A stretch of DNA of 41,592 nt. Source: Octopus sinensis. Its lineage: Eukaryota. The notes beneath the pieces are model-generated. The model was not told the origin of the DNA and searched no databases. It saw only the letters and a list, made by a program, of their open reading frames with translations. Shown here piece after piece: positions 23,969 to 39,424 of this stretch. The translations under genes were made by a program, and so were the position numbers. Every line of letters begins with the position of its first letter. The first letter of the stretch is position 1. The stretch is taken from the NCBI RefSeq assembly GCF_006345805.1, contig NW_021835438.1:1-41592 (forward strand), read 5' to 3'.

Positions 23969-25741
23969 ATGGCACCAAAGTGGGAAAAGAAAGAGTTAAA
24001 TCTTCTGCTGAGAGCATGGACGATTGCTAGTGGTGATCCGCCGAACAACATCATCACTGCCGCGCTAAAAAACAATGGTTTTCATAGAACCATTGACCAG
24101 ATAGAGCGGAAGAAAAATGAGTTTATCCGGTCTTACATGCTTATAAGACCACACATCAAAATACTGGACAACATGATTGAAAATTATTGTGGCAAAGCTG
24201 ATGAGGATGTAGAGGACGAAAAAGAGAAGGAAGCCGGAAGTCTCTGTGATCCAGGGGTTCCTCAGGAAAATGGATCACCTACCCCGGTGAACGACCAAGT
24301 AGTGAAGGATAGGGGAGCCAAGGGAGCAGAAACCGGAAGCCCCCCTGTACCAGTGGTCCTACGAAGAAATGAAAAATTAGAAAAACAGAAGAAAAAAGGA
24401 AGGACCGAAAACAAAAATAAGGAGGGAAAAGGAAGAAAAGGCAAAACAACCAAAGCTGAAACCCCAACTCACCACACAAACAGCAGAGAACCCCATGGAG
24501 GATCCAATGTCACCCAGTACACTTCAGGAAAGAAGAAATCTGGAAGGCACCGAAGAACCTTTAAGTTCTACCTGCGGGGCAAATGTTGGCATGGTGAGGA
24601 CGGCAAAAACTGCCGGTTCGCCCACCCGACACCCCGCCAGAACTTCAGGGGACTCAGAGAGAAGAACTTTACCGAGGGAACACAAGAAATGTCTCCCGGT
24701 AAAACTTTCAAAAACGAAGTGCGCTCCTCAGATGTTCTGCGCAACGCAGCAGCTGAGCAAGTCTTTTTTATGCATGGCGGAAAGAATTGTCCGACAGCTA
24801 ACCTGGCTACACCAAGCACAGAGAAGGAACCCTGCCCACCCCTATGCAAGACCACCACAGTCAACAGACACGGGATGGCCTCCCCTAACGCCTGCACAGC
24901 CGTCACCCCAATACTTTTACTAAATATTGGGGGCCTGTTGCATCAAAATAGAAACAAAATTTCTTTCCTGAGAGATCTTACTGCATGCAATCAAGCCCTA
25001 TGCAGAGCACTTGTGGAAACTCACCTCAACCCTGATATAGAGGACGCAGAAGTACACATACCAAACTATGCCATACTGCGAACAGACAGAAGGGAAAGGA
25101 GTCATGGTGGAGTTGCTGTATACATCCGAGATGACCTCACACCCCAGGTCTTGATGACATACTCAAATTCGGTATGTGACACCTTAATTGTATACATAAG
25201 ACAACATAATATAGTCATATGCAATACATATTGCCCACCGGATGCCCCAAATCACATAGGCAAGGTTGAAGATTGCCTCACAAGAATTAAAGAAATCCTC
25301 ATGAATCTGGAACACCACGTGACCATATTTCTTATGGGTGATTTCAACTTCCCCAACGTCAAATGGCCCGAAGGTCACATACTCTCAGGAATGAATCATT
25401 GCAAGCAAGTACAGGTGGAGTCCCTGCTCAACCTCACCAATGCCTTATTCATGGAGCAAGTTGTACTCAAGCCAACTAGGGCGAATAACATTCTGGATCT
25501 CTGCTTCACGAACAATATGGACATCATTCATGATGTGAAAGTGACACCGACATCAGTTTCAGATCACAACATAATAGAGCTGTCTATGTTTGGGCCAAAA
25601 GTAACCAGAGACATTCAGCCTAAAAGAAGCACCCGAAATCTCTCCAATCTGAACTTCCACAAAGCAGATTGGAAATCGATCCAAAAAGAGACCCTCAGAG
25701 AGGACTGGCCGGATGTCTCTCCACACCAGACATTGACATGA
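23969..25741 (+). CDS. LINE A ORF: Myb/SANT-like (trihelix) N-terminus + basic linker + CCCH-like zinc finger + APE endonuclease
   Basis: ATG at 23969 (MAPKWEKKELNLLLRAW...LKNNGFHRTIDQIERKK); FKFYLRGKCWHGEDGKNCRFAH at 24560-24625; APE from about 24910; frameshifts into ORF 25669-26862. Confidence 0.7.
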   Translation: MAPKWEKKELNLLLRAWTIASGDPPNNIITAALKNNGFHRTIDQIERKKNEFIRSYMLIRPHIKILDNMIENYCGKADEDVEDEKEKEAGSLCDPGVPQENGSPTPVNDQVVKDRGAKGAETGSPPVPVVLRRNEKLEKQKKKGRTENKNKEGKGRKGKTTKAETPTHHTNSREPHGGSNVTQYTSGKKKSGRHRRTFKFYLRGKCWHGEDGKNCRFAHPTPRQNFRGLREKNFTEGTQEMSPGKTFKNEVRSSDVLRNAAAEQVFFMHGGKNCPTANLATPSTEKEPCPPLCKTTTVNRHGMASPNACTAVTPILLLNIGGLLHQNRNKISFLRDLTACNQALCRALVETHLNPDIEDAEVHIPNYAILRTDRRERSHGGVAVYIRDDLTPQVLMTYSNSVCDTLIVYIRQHNIVICNTYCPPDAPNHIGKVEDCLTRIKEILMNLEHHVTIFLMGDFNFPNVKWPEGHILSGMNHCKQVQVESLLNLTNALFMEQVVLKPTRANNILDLCFTNNMDIIHDVKVTPTSVSDHNIIELSMFGPKVTRDIQPKRSTRNLSNLNFHKADWKSIQKETLREDWPDVSPHQTLT

Positions 25742-26862
25742 AACTAGAATGTTTCATGTCGTCTTCTGTGCAAGCCGTATACCAGAAATATGTCCCAGAG
25801 CACAAGGCCAAAACAAATAGGAGCAAGATTACAAGAGACAGGAAGATCCTCATGAGACGACGGACGAAGGTTGCAAATCGTCTCAACCAACATCCCAAAA
25901 GTAGCGAAACGTCCCGCCTAAAAACAACACTGATGGAGATCGAAAAAAGGCTGCAACAATCCTATGTGAAGGAGAAAGCAGACAAAGAATCCTGGGTTAT
26001 AAAAAACATTAAATCAAACCAAAAGGCCTTCTTTCATTACGCGAAAGAAACAGTCTCAGTGCACTACAAGATAGGACCCCTCCTCCAAAAGGATCGCTCC
26101 CTCACAGACAGTCCAACTATGATCAGTGAGATGCTGAATGACCAGTTCAAAAGTGTCTTTACCACCCCGTTGGAACACAGACAAGTGAACGAACCAGTGG
26201 ACTTCTTTGCCGCCTCACCTATAACCAGCGAGACGGTTACAATAGAATGTATTGACATTAGCGAAAAAGATGTCCTACTAGCCATAGATGAAGTGGACAC
26301 AAACTCAGCTGCTGGTCCAGACGGTTTCCCAGCCATCCTCCTCAAGGCGTGTAAGCATGCCCTGGCAAAACCCTTCAAGATTCTCTTCCAGAGCTTTCTT
26401 GCGAATGGCAAACTGCCAAGCAAGCTGAAGGAGGGAATAATATGCCCAATGCATAAAGGGGGAAGTAGAGTGGATGCCAAAAACTATAGGCCTATCTCTC
26501 TGACTTCACACATCAGCAAAGTCATGGAACGGATAGTCAGAAAGAAACTAATCGCATTCCTTGAGGAAAATAACTTGCTGAGTGATACCCAGCATGGTTT
26601 TCGACCAGGTAGGAGCTGCCTGACCCAGCTCTTACAGCATTATGACTGGGTGTTGAGGCAGTTACTCAACAAATCAAATGTGAACGTAATCTATCTTGAT
26701 TTTGCAAAAGTAGATGTAGCGGTTTTTAAATCAAAACTGGACATCTTCCTGTCAAGAGTCCCAGATGAACCTACCTCACGGCAAGAGGTGCAAATGAGAG
26801 GAGCTGTATCAAACTCCATTCTTCACCAAGTGCCACATAACCGACGAGGTTCGTCGCAATAA
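25669..26862 (+). pseudogene. LINE A linker + truncated reverse transcriptase (deletion-fused to C-terminus)
   Basis: RT motifs stop at YLDFAK; the GVPQG and ADD motifs are absent. Confidence 0.85.
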
Positions 26863-26918
26863 CAGTGTAGCACAAAACGGCGGTGCATCAGCATGGCCGC
26901 AGCTCTGAGCTGAAACTA

Positions 26919-26996
<78 letters not shown>

Positions 26997-26997
26997 A

Positions 26998-27038
<41 letters not shown>

Positions 27039-27057
27039 ATATATATATATGTATATA

Positions 27058-27148
<91 letters not shown>

Positions 27149-27152
27149 TATG

Positions 27153-30339
<3,187 letters not shown>

Positions 30340-30531
30340 GAGTAGCCGTATTATTTCGTCTGCCGATACGTTCTGAGTTCAAATCCGCCGAGGTCGACTT
30401 TGCCTTTCATCCTTTCGGGGTCGATAAATAAAGTACCAGTCACGCACTGGGGTCGATGTAATCGACTTAATCCCTTTGTCTGTCCTTGTTTGTCCCCTCT
30501 GTGTTTAGCTCCTTGTGGTCAGTAAAGAAAT
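30340..30531 (+). mobile_element. SINE family 2, 5'-truncated
   Basis: Close match to 13025-13211. Confidence 0.85.
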
Positions 30532-30540
30532 ATATATATA

Positions 30541-30950
30541 TCTCTTATTATAAAAGGCAGATTTTATCTGCCTCCCTTCGGGAGTTATACAAATCTACAA
30601 TATAGGATTTCTTCAATTACAATTTACCTACCATTTTTAAGAGTACAATGCATCGCGTCATGCCAGGTCCAGTTTTTAAAATTTAAACTCCAATTAAGCA
30701 AAATTTACAGAAAACTCACATTCTGGTGTGTGTGTCAAATGCTTTTCTTAGTCTGGTTTACACCACACGCAAACGCACACACACAGTGGGCAACGAATAA
30801 AGTGAAACTAGATGTAATATTTGTTTCTCTCTATCACGCTGATAGATACATGAGTAAAATGTATGGGAAGCTAACACATAAGTGTGAGTGAAAATGTTCT
30901 TGGAAGAGAGTAAATAGCCAGAGATAGTGATTTGAGGAAGACTTTACATT
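30541..30950 (+). mobile_element. Possible Helitron-type 5' fragment
   Basis: Starts A|TCTCTTATTATAAAAG, similar to Helitron 5' ends; no matching hairpin-CTAG 3' end found. Confidence 0.3.
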
Positions 30951-31010
30951 AAATAACTGTACTGGCTTGTGTTAGTAATAAAGTAAACATACACTCATAC
31001 ATACATACAT

Positions 31011-31041
<31 letters not shown>

Positions 31042-31064
31042 TACATACATACACCACACATACA

Positions 31065-31096
<32 letters not shown>

Positions 31097-31107
31097 CATA
31101 CATACAT

Positions 31108-31140
<33 letters not shown>

Positions 31141-31282
31141 TACACACACACACAGTATTGAAGCTTGAGAACAATCAGATACATTTGCAACACTTCTGTT
31201 GAAAATATTATTGTTCACACACATACATATACATATATACATACAGACAGACAGACAGATAGACACACACACACACACATGA

Positions 31283-31325
31283 TCCAGCATGGCCACAACC
31301 TCAAGGCTGAAACATATAAAAGAAT
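31283..31325 (+). mobile_element. Isolated SINE/LINE 3' tail remnant
   Basis: TCCAGCATGGCCACAACCTCAAGGCTGAAAC matches the tails at 5371-5430 (reverse complement) and 26879-26916. Confidence 0.55.
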
Positions 31326-31595
31326 AACAGAATATAAATGTGTGCATGTGTGTGAGAGAGAGAGAGTGTGTGTGTATATGTATGTATGTATGTATGTATG
31401 TATGCATGTATATATATATAATAATGCGGTTTTTTCAACAGCTTGAACTAAAAGTCAGAGGGGAATGGGATAAACTACTTATATTAAATTGCTATAAAAG
31501 CAGGTAGTAATTTTATCTTGTCCTTATTCATAGTGCAAGTTTTGAAGAGTGCATTTCGATTTTAACAGCTATTTTTTTCAAAGCTATATTGGAAC

Positions 31596-31850
31596 AGCCT
31601 AGAAGACGAGCCTCATCCTGAAAGATCTGTAGAACTCGACAAGGACATCCTGAAAACCCTGGTGGAACAAAATCTCATCGTAACTGTTGAGGAACTAGCA
31701 GAGAAGCTTGGATTTGGTCATTCAACCATTCATTGAGACCTGTGTGCTATCGGAAAAGTCAGCAAATTGGGTCAATGGGTTCCTCACGAACTTTCCGAGT
31801 CTAATTGCATGCAGAGAGTGAATGTATGCTTTTCTTTGCTGTCACATCTC
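31596..31850 (+). pseudogene. Mariner transposase N-terminal fragment
   Basis: SLEDEPHPERSVEL...TVEELAEKL...H*DL...GKVSKLGQWVPHELS; WVPHEL is the mariner linker motif. Confidence 0.85.
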
Positions 31851-31871
31851 ACCACTACTGCGCTATGTATA

Positions 31872-32498
31872 TCTATATATATAAAACTGTAGTTGTGTGA
31901 GTGTCTGTCCCCTTCGATTTAGATTCCTAACTACTCCCACATTTTGCGGTGCAGTTTAACCAAATTCGGGTAGCTTATAGTCGTGATTCATATCGAGCCC
32001 GTCTGAGTATTAGCGCGCGTCTACGATGAGTCTATGATTTTAAAAATAATTTAACATCATTTTTTATTCCATTTTAATGCATAATTTTTCGTGTGTCGAT
32101 GGCGGCGGAGTTGGCGTCCACGCTCACACCTGCACCTGTGGGGAAGGGAGTGCAAGGAAATCAACGTCGTAATGCGTTGTCAAGGAGACCAGCGTTCTTT
32201 TAGAACAACGACTTCATGGCTTGAAGACACCAAAACAGAAATGGCTAAGAAAGCGTCTACATGAGTCTACGATTTAAAAAAAAATTTACCATCGTTTTTT
32301 TTCCATTTTAATGCATTTTTTCGCTATTATATAAGGGAAGTAACTCTCTAAAAATGTCTACGATGAGTCAACGATTTTTCAAAAAATTTACCATCATATT
32401 TTTTCCATTTTTAATGCATTTTTTGGCTATGACTCTCTAAAAATGCTTATATAGTTATTTCCCTTACAAACCCGAGCAACGCCGGGCGATACTGCTAG
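31872..32498 (+). mobile_element. Complete non-autonomous Helitron (627 bp)
   Basis: 5' A|TCTATATATATAAAA; 3' hairpin CCCGAGCAACGCCGGG then CTAG|T; no TSD; three internal copies of TCTACGATGAGTC...CCATTTT. Confidence 0.85.
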
Positions 32499-33125
32499 TA
32501 TATATATATAAACACAATGGTTACTTCAGAAAAAGCAAGCATTGCATTTGACAGAGCAATCTCCTTTTTACTATTCATTGGTATGTCCACATATATCTGT
32601 AAATATTTATATGATTATCTGTCCCACAGTATACTCATGTATGAACATAGATTTTCCATGATTACATGTGCACATATGTCTATCTCGCCATGTATACATA
32701 TACATATATATATATATATATATTAGCTTAAAGTGACACGCTCTACACGCAAGTAAGAGTGTGGTTGTTACTTTCACTTGCTTCCTTTCTGTTTTTTATC
32801 ACCACATTCTCCCTCTTTGTTTCTCTCTCCTTTCTCTCTCACTTTCCCACTCTCTTACTCTTCCTTTCTCACGGACTCTCCCTCGCTTTCTCTTACTCTC
32901 TATCTTTTTCTATCTATCTATCTCCTATTTATAAACAACAAAAGATCTTGAGTAAGTTGAGAAATAAAATATTTAGAAAGATCAATCATAAATATCAGAC
33001 AACGGAAAGGTCTGCTTCAAGGCAGACAGCAAAACACTAACATTTAAAAGGGACAGACGAACTTGTGAGCTGAATAAAAAAAAAATATTGGAAACCAAAG
33101 TTTGAAGAGATACAATCTGGGGATA

Positions 33126-33375
33126 GTAGAGTCACCATGGCTGGCATTTCTTAACGACGGCAGCAACGTAGTGGCAGTTTAACGGCTGGCGTAAAATTTT
33201 TAACTTGATGTAAAAGAAAATTCCTAAACACCAAGTTTTGAAGTGATTTTCTCTCACGACAGTAGACTCATCATGGCAAGCATTCAAAACTTCTTCATCA
33301 TGGATGGCAACACATTGAAGATTTAAAGGCTGGCGCAAATTTTTTAGCTTGATGTAACAGAGAATTTCTAAACAC
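33126..33375. repeat. Diverged tandem pair, period about 136 bp
   Basis: GTAGAGTCACCATGGC...GGCTGGCGTAAAATTTTTAACTTGATGTAA...CTAAACACC repeated from about 33262. Confidence 0.65.
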
Positions 33376-33616
33376 CCGCTCCTGTAAATTTTAATCCCCT
33401 TCCAGCCCCATTTAGACCCCTTTTCACATTTTGGTTAATATAACCCGATTTCATTCGGGTCTACTCGGGCCACATTATATAAGAAGAGTAATTTTGTCCT
33501 AGAGGTCACGCCTTTCATTTGAGGAAAAAAAATAGTTGCCATACAAACTCGCCGACACTTTTAACTTAGGTGTGCATATTTTCAGCTCAACCGACCACAT
33601 AATGCACACATTATAT

Positions 33617-33672
<56 letters not shown>

Positions 33673-33761
33673 TACGCATTATATATATATAATATATATG
33701 TGTGTGTGTGTACGCATTATATATACAAATGTATACAAAAAACTATATTTATATATATATA

Positions 33762-33803
<42 letters not shown>

Positions 33804-34438
33804 TATATACACAGATATATACACTTTGTATATACTATTTCTAATGAGTTCAGTATGTGGCAAAGTAATTTATTTTACTAAGCCCTTTTATATAATATAC
33901 AGTATATATACATATTTATATATAGAACACACACACACACATATAAATTAACCAATAAATATCTTATTCATGATAGAGGTGGGGAGAAAAGGGGTGACAG
34001 CGCTAGCGAAGGCGGCGGGGAAAAGATAGTAGACGCTTTCAAACGACGTTATAGAGAGAAATTGAAGGGAAGGGAGGAAAGAGAGATAGATGGAGGAAGA
34101 CAAGCAGATAAGAGAATGAGAGAAGACTTGTCAAAGTGTGCGTTTTTTGCCCTAGTAACCAAACCTTTTAAGATAGGGATTTCTAACTTAGCCCATTCAC
34201 ATCCTCACCTCATTTTACATGTCCCTGTACATTTTGGAGTCAATCCGACGGGATCTAGTGCTCTTTAACCCATTCCAATGCCAAAACCAGACAAGCAAAC
34301 AAACTTTTCGCATTTATGTTTAAATATATGTGCATATATGTATTTGTGTATACATCTATATCCGGCTGTTTGCGTGTTTGAGTGGATTTGTACGAATGTA
34401 TATATATATATGTGTGTGTGTGTGTTGTGTGTGTGTGT

Positions 34439-34482
<44 letters not shown>

Positions 34483-34788
34483 TTACTGACAGCTTGTTGT
34501 TGTTTCTCTTCCGTAAGCGAACCATTTTCAATGACCACTCAAAGGATAGTTTTAGCTCCATCTCTTAGAATTTCGTTAAGTAAATTACTCGCTTCTCCCC
34601 TTGCTTAATTCCGACCGACCCTTGTTCGCTGTGCGCCCGCCCACACCCACCACCAATACCGGATATCTCTCTATTCTCTCCCCTTCTCTTTCTTATCTCT
34701 TTTCTTCTCTTTTTCAATCTCCCTCCCTCTCTTTATTCCCCTCCCTTGGCCCTATGAAATGAAGTGAAGCAAAAAGCTATATATATGT

Positions 34789-35175
34789 ATGTATACTATT
34801 ACTGCTGCTACTGCTACTACTACTACTACTGCTGCTGCTGTTGCTGCTGCTGCAGCTACTACTGCTGCTACTACTACTGCTGCTGCCACTGCTGCTGCCG
34901 TCACTACTACTGCTGCTATTGCTACCACTGTTGCTGCTGCTGCTGCTGCTCATCCTGCCACCGCTGCTGCTGCTGCTCATCCTGCCACCGCTGCTGCTGC
35001 TGCTCATCCTGCCACCGCTGCTGCTGCTGCTGCTGCTGTTGCTGCTGCCACTACGGCTACTGCTGCTGTTGCTGCTGCCATTACAACTGCTGTTACCACT
35101 GCATCTGTTACTGCTGATAGTGATATTGCTGCTGCTACTACAACTGCTGCTGATGATGATGATGATGAATATTAG
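34789..35175. repeat. Compound trinucleotide (GCT/ACT/GAT) low-complexity tract with three 24-bp units
   Basis: Direct reading; GCTGCTGCTGCTCATCCTGCCACC x3 at about 34940-35015. Confidence 0.85.
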
Positions 35176-35249
35176 TGGTTAAAAATAAATATATAAAACA
35201 AACGTAGGAAAAAGAATGAAAAATCTAATAATAATTTAACATTACTTGA

Positions 35250-38200
35250 AAAGGTAGTGGGTAGCGCACAGGGAGTGACGATCCTGCCTGACACGAGTTC
35301 CGGGCTCAGCTGGCTCCGGTATGGGCCCCTATCCAGGGTTGCGGAAAGGAGACAATCTTCAAAGAAATCCGGAGTGGAGCCCCGAAGGCGGTTTAGTGTT
35401 CGACTCGACACTCTTCCGGCAGCTCCTGCAACCAAGCTGGTGCCAAACGTAATGCTCTGCACTCCTTTGGACTACATCAGCAAGGTCGAGAGAGGAAACC
35501 TGACGATTGGGCTACCCAGGACTTTCTTATCTCTAGCCCAGGCCTGCGCAAAACTGGAGAGGACACTTCAGTGCTGCTGTAAAAAGCTGCAGAAACAACA
35601 CGGGAGGTAACAGTCACGAGTGATAAGTCCATTCAGATTGGCGTAAAATATGGGCGCTACGGGTTACCTCTGACGGTGGGAGAGACTTCCGTGTCCTGTT
35701 GGTTAGCTACTGCCCACCTCAAGCTGGGCAGCCTCCAGTTAATAAGGTGCTGACCCGCCACAAGCCGCCTGCTTCATTGGGTGCTTGGAGCTAAGAGTAT
35801 GACTTGAAAAGCGGCCTGCAACCTCTGCACCAGGCAAACAACTAAAAGACAAGAAAACACCAGTCCTGCGGTTGGCAAGCTGGAATGTCAGGATCATGTG
35901 CCCTGGAATATCTGATGATCTACTCAGGGTTGAAGACACAAGGAAAACGGCCATCATTGACCGTGAACTAAAGAGGCTTAACATAGACATTGCTGGGATA
36001 CAGGAGACAAGGCTTCCCTCAAACGGCAAACTCAAAGAACAGGATTTTACCTTCTTTTGGCAGGGAAGCGATCCAGAAGAACCTCGTCAGCATGGCGTTG
36101 GCTTTGCAGTGAGAAACTCATTACTCTCCTCAATAGAACCACCATCAGGAGGCACTGAGCGTATCCTCTCACTGCGCCTCTCGACTTCTTCTGGCTCAAT
36201 ACATCTACTCGGTATCTATGCTCCCACTCTCTACAGCTCAGAGGAGACCAAGGACCAGTTCTACAAAGATCTCAACTGTGTCATAAAAAATATACCAACA
36301 ACTGAAAATATCTACCTTCTAGGGGATTTTAACGCTCGCGTGGGATCTGACCATGATTCGTGGACCATTTGTGTTGGACACTTTGGTATTGGCAACATGA
36401 ATGACAATGGTCAGAGACTACTCGAATTCTGCACATACCATAACCTCTGCATCACAAACACATTCTTTACCAACAAGCCATCCCACAAGGCATCTTGGAG
36501 ACATCCAAGATCTCACCACTGGCATCAGCTGGATCTCATCATTACACGGAGATCCTTTCTGAATTCTATTCTATTGACCCGCAGTTACCACAGCGCGGAT
36601 TGTGACACAGACCACTCACTAATTAGAAGTAGGGTGAGGATTCTGCCTAAAGGAGTCCATCACTCCAAGAAAGTGGGCCGACCACGCATTAACACTGCCA
36701 GAACCTCGGACCCTACACTGCGAAAATGTTTTGCTGCTTCTATCGAGGTTGCCCTCACTAGCTGTCCAACCTCCTCTGCTGAAGGTAGGTGGAATTATAT
36801 CAGGGAAGCTTTGCATACGACATCAATAGATACTTTCGGCATGAGAGAAAGGCAAAACCCAGATTGGTTCAATGCTGGGCTCTCAGAGCTGGAGCCAGTT
36901 ATCGAAGCAAAGCGTGCAGCTCTGATGCAATACAAGAGTGATTCTTCTACAAAGTCACTCGAAGAACTCAGAAAGGCAAGAAATAAAACCCAACTGACAG
37001 CCAGACGCTGTGCAAATAGGTATTGGCAGGAAATCTGTCAGAGTATCCAGTCAGCTGCTGACGGGGGCGACACCCGTGGGATGTATGCCGGTTTGAAGAA
37101 GGCCCTCGGTCCATCCGCAACCAAGTCAGCCCCTCTGAAATCAACTACTGGAGATCTCATCAGGGATCAAAGCAAGCAAATGATAGATGGGTGGAGCACT
37201 ACCAGGATCTCTACTCACGGGAGACTACAGTGGCTGAGGCTGCAGTCGAGAGTGTCAAGATCTTGCCAGTCATGTGCGAACTTGACAGTCCGCCATCTAT
37301 AGCAGAGCTCACCAAGGCTATTGACTCCCTAGCAAGAAACAAGGCTCCGGGAAAAGACGGCATTCCCTCAGAGATCATCAAAGCCGGCAAAACCACCATC
37401 CTGCTTCGGCACCTTCATGAGCTTCTGTGTCAGTGCTGGGAAAAGGGTACAGTCCCTCAGGATATGCTAACATCATTACGCTTTACAAAAACAAAGGTGA
37501 CCGTGGTGATTGTAACAATTACCGTGGAATATCTCTTCTAAGCACTGTTGGAAAGACCTTTGCTCGCGTTATCGTGGCCAGGCTACAACTACTTGCTTCT
37601 CGAATCTATCCGGAATCGCAGTGTGGCTTTAGAAGAAGCAGATCAACTATTAATATGATATTCTCCATACGCCAATTTCAGGAGAAGTCCAGAGAGCAGA
37701 AAATGCCATTATATATGGCCTTCATTGATCTAACAAAGGCCTTTGACTCGGTAAGCAGAACAGGCCTCTTCATCCAGCTCCAAAAAATCGGATGTCCACC
37801 AAAGCTGCTGAGGATCATCAAGTCTTTCCATGATGATATGCAAGGCACCATACAGCACAATGGTTCAATATCAGCCACCTTCCAAATAAAAAACGGGGTA
37901 AAGTAAGGTTATGTCCTCGCTCCTACATTATTTGGCATCTTCTCGCTCTTACTCTCACATGCCTCTCAGACATCAGATGATGGAGTGTTTCTGCACAGTA
38001 GAAGTGACGGGAAACTGTTCAATCTCTCGCGCCTGCGTGCAAAGACCAAAATCAGAAACGTCCTGATCAAGGAGATGCTAATTGCTGATGATGCCGCTCT
38101 GGTATCACACACAGAAGAAGCCCTCCAAAGGCTCATTAACTGTTTTGAGCAAGCATGTAACGACTTTGGCTTAGCTATCAGTCTTAAGAAGACCAGCATC

Positions 38201-39094
38201 ATGGATCAGGCTACATCGGACATCCCAAACATACATATTGGAGACCACAGATTACAAGAGGTGGAGAAGTTTACCTATCCTGGCTCTACAGTCATCTACA
38301 ACCTATCCCTTGACGCTGAGCTCAATATACGCATTGGCAAGGCAGCTGCTGCGATGGCCCAACTCTCCGAATGGGCATGGGACAACAATAAGCTGACCAA
38401 GACCACGAAAATGAAGATCTACCAGGCATGTGTACTTAGCACTCTACTGTATGGAAGTGAGACTTGGACGCTATACACACGCCAAGAGCGTCGCCTAAAC
38501 ATCTTTCACCTGCGCTGCCTCCGGAAAATCCTCCGCATCAAATGGCAGAATCATATCCCCAACAAAGATGTCCTCAAGCAAGCAGGAATACCAAGCATGT
38601 TTACACTCCTCACACAAAGACGTATGAGATGGCTTGGGCATGTTAGCCGTATGAAAGATGGCAGAATCCCCAAGGACATTCTCTACGGAGAGCTTGCTAG
38701 GGGTACTAGGTCTGTGGGTAGACCGTTCTTACGTTACAAGGATGTTTGCAAAAGGGACATGAAGGCCTGCAACATCAATATTAGCGGTTGGGAAGCAGTT
38801 GCCGGCAACCGTAGAGATTGGCGACGTGCCGTAAAAGAGGGAATACAAAGAAGTGACAGAGAGAGATAAGAGAAATGGAAAGACAAGAAAAGACGTCAAC
38901 AAGAAACAATGGCATTACAACCAGCCAGGAACAGTCTTCGCTACATTTGCGGTACCTGCCAGAGGGAGTATTTGTCCAGGATATGACTACATAGCCACAG
39001 CAGGAAATGTATCAGGACATGAAATGTAAAAGCCGGACTAGACTATTTTATGCGCAACTCCATTGTCTCCCGAGACAAAAAGGATGCCAACAAT
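35250..39094 (+). mobile_element. Near full-length RTE-clade (BovB-like) LINE, inactivated by frameshifts and a stop codon
   Basis: About 620 bp 5'UTR; APE (ASWNVR, IQETR, YAPT, LGDFNARVG, WRHPRS, DTDH); RT (NYRGISLLS, QCGFR, FIDLTKAFDSV, GVK*G, IADD); C-terminal CxxC..H motif; 3' CCATTGTCTCCCGAGACAAAAAGGATGCCAACAA. Confidence 0.92.
35872..38869 (+). pseudogene. RTE ORF (APE + RT) split across four ORF pieces
   Basis: ORFs 35872-37302, 37191-37541, 37427-37906, 37985-38869; TAA at 37904-37906 replaces the Q of GVKQG. Confidence 0.9.
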
Positions 39095-39343
39095 GTATGT
39101 GTGTATATATATATATGTGTCTGTGTATATATACATATATATATATATATATTCATACACTATATATACATACACTATATAAATACATAAATATATGTGT
39201 GTGTATATATATGCATATATATGTATACATATATACATGCACTTTATATATGTATTACTATATATGTATATGTATATATACATGCATATACATACATATA
39301 TATATATACAAATATTATTAAGATACATACATGTGTGTGCGTG

Positions 39344-39424
<81 letters not shown>

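Larger units (their letters stand above)
23945..26922 (+). mobile_element. CR1-like LINE (element A): near-complete 5' part, internal deletion of most of the RT, intact 3' tail
   Basis: APE motifs (VETHL, GGVAVY, MGDFNFP, PTRANNILDL, SDH), RT start (NYRPISLTS, QHGFRPGRSC, YLDFAK) joined at about 26710 to the C-terminal FKSKLDIFLSRVPDEP; tail GGCGGTGC..CAGCATGGCC..GAAAC. Confidence 0.9.

Noticed and set aside
35668-35765. HDV-like ribozyme fold in the RTE 5'UTR
   Set aside because: A partial pseudoknot can be drawn, but P1 is short and I found no J4/2 catalytic C in the right place
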